A DNA stretch of 64,000 nucleotides from an uncultured virus (IMG/VR IMGVR_UViG_3300005533_000011) (lineage: Duplodnaviria; Heunggongvirae; Uroviricota; Caudoviricetes): IMG/VR virus record IMGVR_UViG_3300005533_000011, one strand, 5' to 3'. How positions within the stretch are numbered: the stretch's first letter is position 1; each line of letters starts with the position of its first letter. The position numbers and the translations under genes were made by a program. Of the stretch, positions 49,322-60,217 are shown in pieces. The notes under the pieces were generated by a model. The model made no database searches, had not been told where the DNA came from, and worked only from the letters and a program-made list of their open reading frames with translations.

Positions 49322-49764
49322 ACGTTGACGACATCGCGGCGTTCCTTCGCCATATGGGCCTGGAGCCGTGGAAGGACGGGCGCTCCATCAAGGACGGCCA
49401 GCGTCCGGAGGAGCAGCACGTAAACATGGTGATCGGGAGCCTGAAGGCGCAGCTGGACGTGGCTCTTGAACGGAATCAGGAGCTGGAGAGCGAGCTCGCG
49501 AAACTGAAGCGGAACGTCAAGTGCTCGGGATGCGGCCATAGCCACGAGAACCACGATTCCAGCGGTTGCCTGGTCTGGGTCGAAGCCGACGCGAACAGGA
49601 AGTGCCTCTGCAGAAAATGGAGCGAGATCGAAAAGCGGATCGACGGTTCCAAGGAATGGGCGATCTGCGGCTGGTGCGCCGGCGGCCAGGACGACCAGGA
49701 AGGGACGTGTCCCAAGTGCGGCGGCGCCGGCGGAAAGTGGTTCGAAAAAAAGGCTGAAGCATGA
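49318..49764 (+). CDS. Coiled-coil plus Zn-ribbon hypothetical protein
   Basis: CSGCGH, CGWC..CPKCGG.GG. Confidence 0.55.
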   Translation: MNVDDIAAFLRHMGLEPWKDGRSIKDGQRPEEQHVNMVIGSLKAQLDVALERNQELESELAKLKRNVKCSGCGHSHENHDSSGCLVWVEADANRKCLCRKWSEIEKRIDGSKEWAICGWCAGGQDDQEGTCPKCGGAGGKWFEKKAEA

Positions 49765-50393
49765 ACAAGACCGAGAACCAGCTGGCCAGCCTGTCCGAGG
49801 AATGCCACGAGGCCGGGCAGGTCGCCTGCAAGGCAATGCGCTTCGGCCTGGAAAACATTCCGCCCGACAAGAATGAGACGAACCGCCGCATCCTTGAGCG
49901 CGAGATCGCGGACATCCTTGGAGTGGCCGAGGAGCTTGGACTGGTGATCCGGCCCGAAGATATCGCCGCGAAGCGGAAGAAGCTCGAGACGTATCGGACG
50001 TTGTCGATCGAGCTTGGGACGCTTCAGGTAGGCGAATCCGAGCTGGAGCAGTTGGAGCTTCAGAATCAGGCGATGAAGAATCGCCTGAAGCAGATCGCGG
50101 AGAGCGACGACACGACCCGGCTGACGGACGAGCAAATCCGGATGGGCTACAACGTCCACAAGGATCTAGCGAGGGCCGCGCTCAGCGAAATGCAGTACCC
50201 ACAAAAGCGTGACACCTGCGAGAACTATCGGAAGAGCAGCGGCGAAGTGGCCGGCCGGTACTGCTCGGTATTCGAGGCCAACTCTCAGGCTCATGCTCCG
50301 ACGTGCCAGTTCTTCAGAAAGCCGATCAATGAACAGTGCTGGTGCGCGGTCAAGGGGGAAGCCAAAGACGCCGTGTGCCCGATCCACGGATGA
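49761..50393 (+). CDS. MazG-like (all-alpha NTP pyrophosphatase) domain fusion
   Basis: LSEEC.E..Q...K..RFG...LERE.AD ExxE/ExxD pattern. Confidence 0.55.
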   Translation: MNKTENQLASLSEECHEAGQVACKAMRFGLENIPPDKNETNRRILEREIADILGVAEELGLVIRPEDIAAKRKKLETYRTLSIELGTLQVGESELEQLELQNQAMKNRLKQIAESDDTTRLTDEQIRMGYNVHKDLARAALSEMQYPQKRDTCENYRKSSGEVAGRYCSVFEANSQAHAPTCQFFRKPINEQCWCAVKGEAKDAVCPIHG

Positions 50394-53300
50394 TTGCTAT
50401 GGCGAGTAGGAAATGCGGCAAGACCTTCCCGTTGCGGTATGGGAGCTATTCCTGTGAACGCCCCCGTGGCCATGCTGGTCTCCATCGGAAGTACGCGGTC
50501 AAGTGTCCGGGCGGCCATCCCGGCTTCACGTTCTCGGACGCGGAGCTTCGACGGGTCAAGCAAGAACACGACGAGGTTTGAACGCCAAAGGGATCTTAAA
50601 TGGTGATTGTGAAGGTAGAACGGTTCGACCTGGGGTCGCGCATCAGCCGGATGCGCCGCTGGCGCCTCACTCAGTCCAACGGTATCCCCCTTCACGGATC
50701 TCCGCTCTTCCTCACGAGAGCGGCGGCAGTTGACCACGCCAAGGGCAATGGCTGGAAGGTTTCACGGTAGAGGGCAAAGGAGAAAGCGAATGAAAACCAA
50801 GACCATGACGGAGCTTCGGATGTGGCGGGTCGAGGAAGAGGACGGGGCCAGCCATACGATCATCGCGGAAAACGACGCGCAGGCGGCGGGTCTCTTCCTC
50901 GAACACTTCATCAAGGCGAACGGCGACGACACGATGCCCAGCCAGATGCCCAAGATGGAGCAGATGGGCCGGGATGAGGTCTACGAGCTGGCCCCGTGGG
51001 GCGACGAGCGGAAGATCAAGGCCACGGTGTACGAGTGGCTTTGCTTCATGAAGACGCCATGCTATCTGGGCTGCTCCGAATTCTAGGAGTACCGAGGAGC
51101 TAAACGGAGAAGACGAATGATAAAGCACCTGAGCCGCTCAGAGGTTCTCCTGATCCTGGTCTACGACTACACCAAGCATCGGGACAACGACTGGGCCAAT
51201 GAGCTTACGAGTTACTTCTACCCGCGTGAGTCGACGATCTTGTCTCCGACGCTTCAGGAAAAAATCTGTGTCTACGGTCCCGGGGACGCGGCGGCGTTTC
51301 GTGGCCTCCAGAGGAGAGGACTTATCAAGCACGAGGGGACGCATCCCTATGCCTTCTCGCTGACCGAGGAAGGGCTCTTGAAGGTTACGAAGCTACTGGA
51401 ACAGTGAGGAGAGATCATGACCTCGGTGAGAATTATCTGGCGGATCGGGTTCGGAGGCCGAATCCTCCACGCTTGGCACCAGGTGGGAACGTACCGAACC
51501 CAGTTTGCCGCTCTCTGCAATCCGCGCTTGAAGTATGCCGGCGGCATCGACGCGCCCAATTATAAGCGGTGCGGCAAGTGCGAGAAGTTGGTGGATGCCC
51601 AATCCAGCGAGGCTAAGCCATGACTTCCAGTGTCACCCTTGGAGAACTCGATCGGGCGATGGAAGCCTATCGTAAGGCGCTTGAGGAGAAGCCTGGAGAA
51701 CAGACCCATGCTGTCTTCATGGCGATCAAGTGCTTCGAGATCGAGCGGCGTGAAAGTAACAATTGCATCGGCTGTCGGGCTTCTAGCGATTCTGGAAAGC
51801 GATAGAACGCCATGGCGAGTGGGAATCGTGACGTGACCGAGATCATGAAGGAGTACGTTCGCTGCCGCCGGAAGGCGCGGGAACTCAGGAAGCTCAACGA
51901 CCATTCGACGGCGTACGTTTGGGTCGCCAAAGCGAATGCCTATTTCCACGCCGCAAAGATTGTGCAGGGCTGAACGCTTCCATGAAGAAACACCGACACC
52001 AGTGGAGCCCGAAGCACAAGCGCGGTGGCGTGGATCTCTTGGTCCGCGTCTGTCTCGTCCAAGGGTGCGACGGCATTACAGATGGAAAGAGGATCCTGTT
52101 CCCGGACGGTCGGATCGTTCGGCTGTCCGCAGAAATGCGTCGCCAGATGTCGAACGTGCTGACCCTTCAGAGTTGAGCGGAGAAGCAAATGTGTGATGGG
52201 ATGTCGCACGGCAGGGACTACGGGCCATTCCTATCGAAGCACGCCCCGCCAATCATCAGCAGGGAAGGCAAGCCTGTCACTCTGTGGTGCCTTTGTGGCC
52301 ACAAGGCCAGCGGCCACACGGAGAACGGCGCCTGCCTTGAGTGCCGCGCTATCGAGGAGATGGTGCAGCCCTGTAATTCATTCCAGCCTCGCACGTGATT
52401 GAGCTATATGGAGATGACGAACAGAGAAGTTTCATCCGTGCTTCTGAAAGCTGCGGCCATCGTCCGCAAGGGTTGGTGTACCGGAGCCCCGGCCAAGGAC
52501 GCGGAAGGAAGGCCCTGCGGCCCAAGAGACAAGCAAGCCGTCGCGTGGTGCGCCATTGGGGCCATCCAGAAGGTGTGCGGCGGTCCAGAGGACGGCTACG
52601 AGGCCCGCTACGCGCTTCGGCTGGTGCTACCAAATTTCAACCAGTCCGTTCAGGAATGGAACGACGTCTGGGCGAAGGACGGGGAGCACGTCGCGGAGAT
52701 GTTTGAGAAGGCCGCAAAGCAGGAGCATAGATCATGACAAAGAAATGCCGTAAATGTGGGTGCGAGCCAAGACGCTGTACTCGGAAGTGCGGATGCGTCC
52801 TATGCTACGCAAACCGACTTTTCTGGTCTGGTCTCAAGAAAGTAAGTCGCGATTCCAGCGATTCTGGAAAGCGATAGAACGCTATGACGCATAGAGTTTG
52901 CGGATTCGATCCGACCAAGTGCTTCCCCATCGTTGGCGGCAAGAGCGTCCTGAGGAATGACGCGGAGAAAGCCCACGAGACCTACTCCGCGCTGTTCGGA
53001 ACCGAGCAAAGTCTCGACAGGCTTGGAGAGCGCGGCGGCTTCCATCCCGACGAGTTCGCACTCTTGGTGAAAGGAATCAACCCTCTGCACACCGGGGATG
53101 CGTGGGTCGACAAGTGCGACGAGTGCAAGGGGGCCGGAGAAGTCATCGACAGTGAAGAGGGCGGGATCTGGTTCAAGTGTGGCCGGTGCTTGGGCTGTGG
53201 CCTAGTTGTCTATCACGGATGAGCTATGGCGAGGAAAGCCGGATGCTCCGATTCGATCCCGTATGACGGGATTCGCCTTGGGTGCTGCCTCTCTAAGAAA

Positions 53301-54909
53301 CACAAGGGAAAGCACTATACGCGCTGGGTCTATTCTGGGTATCGCGGTAAGGGATTTTCAAGGATCGAAATTTGGTGGCGTGGAACATGATTACCGTGAA
53401 AGCCGCGCCCCAGCAGGACCTCAAGAAGGAAGTCAGCTGCCCACGTTGCGGCAAGATCACGAAAGAATGGAGGACGACGAACTGCTATTCCAGCAGGAAG
53501 TCAAAGCTGAAGACTTGTGGGCGCAACGTTTGCGAGGACTGCATTTATTACTCTCCTGAACGGCACAGATCCGAGTGCGTGGACTGTTGGCAGCAGATCG
53601 AGTGGAAGCTGCGCGACCTCAAAGAGGGTCGGAAAGCATGACAAAGAAGAAAAGCTGTAAAGCACATTTCAATGGTGGAGGTGAGCCTACACCATGCATC
53701 AAAAAGTCTGGGCATAAAGGAGCTCATCGCTCCACGCCTGGAACCTGGGAAGAGAACGGGGATCCCCTTCCAGAACTGAATGGGGCCATACTCGAGTGGA
53801 CTAGCGGTAGCCGTAACGCAGTATGGAGAAAGCCATGACACCTGAGCGTGCCGATTTCTTGGCCATCGTCGGGGCCATGGCGCAAGCTGGATTCGTTCGC
53901 TGGTGGAACGAGTTCTCCCACAAGCACGGGTTCTGCAAGTGTCACGCCCTCTACTTCATCGAAACGCCTTGCGAGATTCGCCGCGAAGAGATGTACGAGG
54001 AGCGCCAGCGGTGGCTTTGGAGTCAGTGGGACGGGCTGGGCTTGGGCTACATCGGCCCTCGCCTTTCCAGCGAGAGGAAAACATGACTGACATGAGCCCA
54101 GTAACGTTCGCGGTTCTGACCGTCGAGGCGGTCGACGGGAAAGAGGCGGCGGTCAAGCTCATCGTCGAGCTCCTGGATGAGCTGGCCCGCGTCTACCAGA
54201 TGCGTGAAATCCAGGAAAGGAGCGAGTGATGGGCTGGGGATGCTACAGGCATGAAGTCGATGCCGGGTCGGAGCATTGGGAGAAGAAGATCGAATCCCTC
54301 CTCACTGAGAACAGGCGGGGCAACCACAAGGAGCCGTTTACCTGGGGCCGGAACGGTCAGGTCTGCCCCTTCTGCTGGGAGGAACTGGAAAAGATCAAGA
54401 ACATCTACCAGAAGGCGCTGGGCGAGATCCAGGACCATCCGGAGCGGGCGTGTCTGATCGTACAGCACGCCTTCGAGGCTGCTGAGGACGTGGAACTTCA
54501 TCCCCAGGAGACCGGATCGTGAGAGGCGACAGAGCAGGAATGGGCGGGAAGTATTTCGGAGACTACTTCGAGAACTGGGGCAAGATCGACAAGCGTCGCC
54601 ACTCGAAGAAGCTCCGCAGGAACGCAAAGATCGAGATGCGAGGTGAGCAGAAAGATGATTCATAAGATCGAACTTCCGAAGGCGTTCGGGACGGCCACCT
54701 TCAGCGGACTCTTCTACGAGAAGTTCATGAAGGACGTCAGCAAGGAGAAGTGGGTCGAGGTCGGGAGGGCGGTCCTCGCGATCCCGTTCGTCTTCAGCAT
54801 CGGCTTCCGGACCCTGCCCGAGCTGGACCTGATCGTGTCGGATGCCGGGGCCTTCGTCCAGACATGCGTCGACCAGTACGGCGTCAAGCCCGTGATGACG
54901 TTCGTGTGA
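50394..54909 (+). other. Lower-GC array of ~18 small ORFs (e.g. 50790-51086, 51117-51407, 51417-51623, 51620-51805, 51812-51973, 52399-52737, 52884-53222, 53835-54086, 54226-54522, 54643-54909)
   Basis: Tight packing and RBSs; more A/T-ending codons than the core genes. Confidence 0.5.
51781..52886 (+). repeat. 34-bp direct repeat pair ending in start codons (51781-51814, 52853-52886)
   Basis: TTC(T/C)AGCGATTCTGGAAAGCGATAGAACGC(C/T)ATG, 2 mismatches. Confidence 0.8.
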
Positions 54910-55230
54910 TGATGGGGACCACAAATTTCAGGCCCACGCTTGAGCGGGGATCGCGATGCCGGCGCTCGGCCCCGTTATTGGTCCGGCAGTGTGTCGCGCC
55001 GATGCTCATGGCCCGCTGCAAGCGGCCATCGGGGAACGCCGCCAGTTATCCAGGCGTGGCAGTCGGAGAGACGACACAGAAAACTTCCTTCTTACGGAGA
55101 CGGGCGGGAACAGGAGACGTCCTGTGCGGTGCGAGTGCTGGAGCCCGGCCCACCGGCCAACGCCCTGGCGTTCACGTCCGGACCCGTGGCGGATGGGCTC
55201 CCACGGGACGGATTTCAAACATCCGGAGGG
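54910..55230 (+). ncRNA. Candidate structured non-coding RNA
   Basis: ~320-nt gap without a convincing ORF; nested helices TGTGTCG/CGACACA, CCGATG/CATCGG, ACGCC/GGCGT, ACAGGA/TCCTGT, CCCGTGG/CCACGGG. Confidence 0.35.
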
Positions 55231-55234
55231 GGAC

Positions 55235-57904
55235 ATGCTGAACGTGGTGAGGGTTGTCCTGTTCCCCTTCGTGCTCATCGCAGCGATCGCGTGGTGCTGT
55301 TACGAGGTCTTCTGGTACTGCGCGATCGTTGGCCGACCGAGGTGGCTCTCGGAACGCTTCGATGGGACGCCGCTCACCGCAGTCCGGGACCTCCTCCGTG
55401 ACGCTTTCATTCCGCATCGATTGGACCTCCGGACCTGCTGCGGCCACTGTTGGGGCAACAGGAAATGCGTGAAGTGCCCCGTACACGGGAGGCGATGATG
55501 AGCAAGATCAGGGAAGACCAGATCCACAAGCATGCCGTGGTGACCGGTCTCATCTGCGACATGTGCGGCGCCCGTTCCCCAGGTGTGGACTGGAGCGAGA
55601 AGCCGCGTGGCAGAGAGATCGTAAAGCTCCAGCACGAGGATACTGAGTCGTATCCTGAAGACGTCTTCGGCAAAAGGCTGGAACTCGACTTCTGCCCGTT
55701 CTGCTTGGAGAAGGAAATCCTGCCCTGGCTGGAATCGAAGGGCGTGAAGATCAACTACGTGGATCTGCCCGAATGACTCCGGATAGGACGTCCATCGTCC
55801 AGGTCATGAAGGAGGAGAAGACCTTCACGCTCCATCGGTGCCGGAACTGCGGAGGCCTGCTCGGGTCCGGCTGGCAGACCAGGGAAGAGGCGATCATGGA
55901 ATCCTCCGCGCATATGATCGAATGCGTTCGGAGGCACGGTCGTCCGAGGGCGACGGCTGTATAGGAGGGAAGATGGGTTACGTAGTCACCATCCATGTTG
56001 CTGGTATCGATAATAAGGACAGGCCTTGGCGCCAATACTGGGTCCTCCAGCCGAGCGGTGCCTGGACGAACCGGCTCAAGGACGACATCCTGAAGCCGCC
56101 ACCCGAAGGCACGGGAAGCGCGGCCAGCATCAAGATTTTCGGTACCAAGGAGGAGGCCGACGCGGCCAAGGCGCGGATCGAAGGCGGCGACCGGCTGCAT
56201 GGCCCGGATCCAGCGGGAACGGTCAACGTCGAGCATGTCGATGCCATGCCGCATCATCCGAAGTGCCCTAGCGAGAATAGCGGGAATCCCTGCCTTTGCG
56301 GCCTGTACCGGGACCGGGATCGCCTGCGAGAATTCGTGGAGTTCGTCCGGAAGAGTCATGTCGGCCACGACGTCGAAAAGGGCTGCACGACCGGGATCTG
56401 CAAGGAGATCGAGCGCCTCGAGAAGGAAGGGCTGGTGTCCAAGCGATGAGGATGTTCAAGATGCTCCTCGCGTCCTTCGCCGGATTCCCGGGGAATCCGA
56501 AATCCATCTGGTGGTCGATTTTCAGGATCTCCTACTTTGTGGACGTCATCATTGGGGTGGCTTTCTTCCTGGTATGGAAGTTCCCCCCGAAGGACGGCGA
56601 CGTCGCCCACGCGTTCACTGGACAAATCCTCCTGAACACTTGCTATATCGCCACTTTCTGGGCGTTGATTCCGGAAAGATTCTGGTATGCCGGAAAGGCC
56701 AAAACAACATGAACGATGATCTTCGCGATAAATACGACATGCGCTGGCAGCGGCCGGACCCCACCTACCAGTGCGTGTCGAGCATCCCGTGCCGGCTGGT
56801 CGCCAAGATCGGGGAGAGAGTCCGGATCGCCGCGCTCCTCAAGAACGGGAAGGAGCGGGAACACGTCGTCAGGCAGGAAAATCTACGGCACGATCCATGC
56901 ATGTGCTTCGCAGAATGCCGGGCGCTGGAGAAGATCGGCTTCCCTCGGAGACACTATGGCGAACGGTAGGACGATCCTGGAGGTCAAGTGCCGGTGCGGC
57001 AAGATCTGCGCGACCTTCCAGTCCTGGGACGATCACCTGAAGGCGAAGCATCCGCAGCTCCGGAAGGAGATGAGGAAGGACGGCACCCTCGAGGAGGACC
57101 GCGCTGAATTCAGGAAGTCGAGAAGGAAAGGATACCCGCTGAGCACATGAGGAACGAGAACCCGATCATCGAGTGCCTGGCCCAAGCGCTGTCGATGAGC
57201 GACGATCGCGCAGATGCCCTGGACTTCAGGAAGGGAGCCGGCTTCATTCCCATCCAGGTCACCGACTGCCGCCGGAAAGGCGGCCGCGTGCGCTTCGTCA
57301 CCGAATGCGCGGTCTCCAAGTGCTGCTGGTACTGGGAATTCGAGACGCCCTGGGAGCAGGTCGAAGGGGAGAGGGGCGACCAGAGGACCCTGTACGAACG
57401 AAGGGCCCGGATCTATCACTACGACCGGAACGACGAGGGATGGGTCCGGCACGAGAGCGGGAACGGGATCCCGCGGTGCCCGGAATGCGGAAACGACGTG
57501 ATCTCCGGCGGCTCCTACGACGCGTCCGGGAGGAGGATCGAGCGCCAATGAAGAAACGCAGCGTGAAGGATAGGGGGAAACGCGACCGCCGCCGGCGCCG
57601 GCGCGGGGAGCTCCCGGCTTTCATGCTTGGGAGCGTGGTCTCTTCGGAGCGGCGACACGGTCCGGGGCGGCGGACGAAGGACTGAACCATGAAAGACTGG
57701 CTGAAGTTCATGAAGCCCGAGGAGCTGATCGACCTGCAGACGAAGCTCGGCAAGGTGCCATGGACTCCTCCGGACCAGGAGGTCGTCACCAGGATGCTCC
57801 AGGAGATCCGGTCGGCGCAGAGCGAGCGCGCGAACCTCGATCGCGCGGAGCTCTGCAAGACGCTCCGGAAGGCTGCCGACATGCTCGAAAAGGGGCGCGC
57901 CTGA
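55235..57904 (+). other. Small ORF array (55235-55498, 55495-55776, 55773-55964, 55973-56449, 56446-56712 membrane, 56709-56969, 56956-57150 C2H2-like, 57147-57551, 57689-57904)
   Basis: Serial ATGA overlaps; GGAGG RBSs. Confidence 0.55.
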
Positions 57905-57941
57905 GCGCCTGTTGGACCTATAATTGCGCAAAGGAGAGCCG

Positions 57942-58769
57942 ATGTTCGAACGGTTCACGGAACGGGCCCGGAAGGTGATGAGCCTGGCCCGGCAGGAGAC
58001 GCAGCGCCTGAATGCCGACGGCATAGCCCCCGAGCATATCCTGCTAGCCATCCTGCAGGAAGGAGGCGGCGTCGCCGCCAGGGCCCTGAGCGAGACCCAT
58101 TACGACGCTGTGGGTCGCTTGGGCAATGTCATCAGGCAGGAGATCGACAAGCTCGCGGTCGTCTCGAATTCGGGGCTCACCCTGGGCCAGATTCCGTTTA
58201 CGGTACGGTCCAAGAAGGTCATCGAGCAAGCCGAAGAGAGCGCCAACCGTCTCGCCCATGAGGTCGTCGGCACCGAGCACCTGCTCCTTGGGATCCTGGC
58301 GGACGATGACGGCGTACCTTGCCAGGTCCTGAAAAATATCGGCATGGACAGGGCTGCGCTGAGAGACAAGGTTCTCGAGATCATGGGAGTCGAGGGGGCC
58401 ATGACGTGCCCTGAGAAAGTCGAGCTTCCCGACGGTGGCGAGCTCCAGGAGATGATGACGAAAGTGAGCGGGCTCATCGAGGAGATCGACGGCAGAATGT
58501 CCAAGCTCGCCAAGGAGTACGGCGTCCATAGCGAGCCGTTCCCGATCGGAAAGGCCACTGTTCGGCTGACCAAGATGGGCGACCGGTGGACGATCGAGTG
58601 CGCACGGCCCGGTATCCAGCCGGAGAGGATCACCGGTTGCCGCTTCGACGACAAGCTGGAATTTCTGGCGAAGGCGAAACAGTTCGAAGGGCTTTACAGG
58701 GCGAAGATCATCGCGCTTCATCGCCGGGCGAAGGGTGTCCTCGAGACATACTTGAACGACGAAAAATAG
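57942..58769 (+). CDS. Stand-alone ClpC/ClpA N-terminal repeat domain fused to an unknown C-terminal domain
   Basis: MFERFTERARKVM.LA.QE...EHILL...PFT.R.KKVIE.A..GTEHLLLGIL; no AAA+ module; AAGGAG RBS and TATAAT at 57919. Confidence 0.88.
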   Translation: MFERFTERARKVMSLARQETQRLNADGIAPEHILLAILQEGGGVAARALSETHYDAVGRLGNVIRQEIDKLAVVSNSGLTLGQIPFTVRSKKVIEQAEESANRLAHEVVGTEHLLLGILADDDGVPCQVLKNIGMDRAALRDKVLEIMGVEGAMTCPEKVELPDGGELQEMMTKVSGLIEEIDGRMSKLAKEYGVHSEPFPIGKATVRLTKMGDRWTIECARPGIQPERITGCRFDDKLEFLAKAKQFEGLYRAKIIALHRRAKGVLETYLNDEK

Positions 58770-58790
58770 TCACGCGCGGAGGAGGGGAAA

Positions 58791-59333
58791 ATGGATCCTG
58801 CCATCGAAGATCGACTCAAGAAGGGTGCGGTCGCGCTCGGGGAGTACTGGAGGGCCGGCGACCGCTGCATGACGGGGTGGGGAGTCACGCCCACGGCGAT
58901 CGCGGCCGGCGACGACCCCGAGAAGGCCGTCGAGCGCTGGGCCTGCTCCTGCGAGAAGAAGTCGAGATTCTGCAAGGCGAAGGCGCTCTGGTTCAAGCTC
59001 TCCCTCATGGAGCTCCGGGAGGAATGCGATGGGGAGTACGCGATCGCGCTCATGATGACTGCCACCGAATGGGACCTCACCGGCCTCACGCTCAAGTATC
59101 CGATCAAACAACCGGCTCCCAACGGGAAGGTGATCAGCATAGGCCAGAAGTGCCGCATCACCATGTCGAGCATGCGCAATCTCATGAAAGCTTCAGAGAC
59201 GCTGCCATCAGTGGTCGGGTTGATTGAGGCATTCCCGGGAGCCACGATCGAGTCGATTCTGGAACCGGAGGCGAAGCCCGTCCCCGAGCTCGCGGCCGTC
59301 TCCGATGGTGGAGACGAGGTGCCGTTCGAATGA
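58791..59333 (+). CDS. Hypothetical protein with acidic DEVPF tail
   Basis: GGAGG RBS; typical codon usage. Confidence 0.65.
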   Translation: MDPAIEDRLKKGAVALGEYWRAGDRCMTGWGVTPTAIAAGDDPEKAVERWACSCEKKSRFCKAKALWFKLSLMELREECDGEYAIALMMTATEWDLTGLTLKYPIKQPAPNGKVISIGQKCRITMSSMRNLMKASETLPSVVGLIEAFPGATIESILEPEAKPVPELAAVSDGGDEVPFE

Positions 59334-59812
59334 GCAAGCGGAGGCCCCAGGACGAGAGTCCCATGGAACGCATGAGGCGGATCCATGCCGAGGCGATGAA
59401 GAAGTACGGCTGGTACGCCCACTACGTGCCCGGGGATACCACCTCGCCCACGGAGTTCAATGCCCATACCCATGGGTTCATGGACACCTGGAAGCATCCC
59501 GACGTGCAGATCGTCGTCCCGATGCCCCAGGAAGTCGCTCACGGGGTCTTCTGGGCCGTGGTGGAACAGATCAAGGAGGGCAAGAAGTTCGAGCCCGGCA
59601 CGGAGTATGCCGGCATTCTTGAGGGCTACAAGGTCCGCTTTGCCTGGGCCCGGGAGGGGAGCGAGACGCAGTTCAAGCCCGGTTCCCAAATCCAGATGGT
59701 CGGCCGTCCAGTGCTGCGCATCATCCTTCCGGACAAGGAGGGGCGCACCGCGAGGGAGACGATGGCGGAGCCCTACCTGATCCAGTGGGAAGGCACGGAG
59801 ACCTGGAACTGA
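59330..59812 (+). CDS. DUF4262-like protein
   Basis: KYGW..HYV...AHTHG....HPD.QIV...G..F.PG...LPD..G. Confidence 0.5.
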   Translation: MSKRRPQDESPMERMRRIHAEAMKKYGWYAHYVPGDTTSPTEFNAHTHGFMDTWKHPDVQIVVPMPQEVAHGVFWAVVEQIKEGKKFEPGTEYAGILEGYKVRFAWAREGSETQFKPGSQIQMVGRPVLRIILPDKEGRTARETMAEPYLIQWEGTETWN

Positions 59813-59975
59813 TGAAGACCTTTCTCGTGGTGTACGAGTTCCAGTTCGGACGCTGGCGCCGGCGCTGCGGCCGCACCATCGAGGCCCGGAGCGCCAAGGC
59901 GGCGCGGAAGGTCATCGAGTCCGAGAAAGGCCACAAGGTTCTCGCCGTATCCCGGACGGCCTAGAAGATCCAATC

Positions 59976-60021
59976 TTGACCGCTGTCTCGTTTACCGGTA
60001 TACTTCCGGCGTGACAGGGCC
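59976..60021 (+). promoter_or_regulatory. Sigma70-type promoter with leaderless GTG start
   Basis: TTGACC-17 bp-TATACT; spacer ends GTTTACCGG; GTGACAGGGCC at 60011. Confidence 0.65.
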
Positions 60022-60217
60022 GGAGAGACGCGATCCCAAGCGAATCGACCGCATCCTCGGAAAGATCCGCAAACACTGGGCGAAGTATCCCGACCTCCGG
60101 CTCCTGCAGCTGCTCCAGGACGTCACGGGGCCAAACTGCGTTCCCTACTACCTCGAGGACTCGGCGCTCGAGGAGATGCTTGATTCGAATTGTTTCGGAA
60201 AGGAAAAGGCCAAGTGA
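60011..60217 (+). CDS. Small phage protein (RDPKRIDRIL...W..YPDLRL.QL type)
   Basis: Recognisable common phage motif; leaderless GTG. Confidence 0.7.
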   Translation: MTGPERRDPKRIDRILGKIRKHWAKYPDLRLLQLLQDVTGPNCVPYYLEDSALEEMLDSNCFGKEKAK

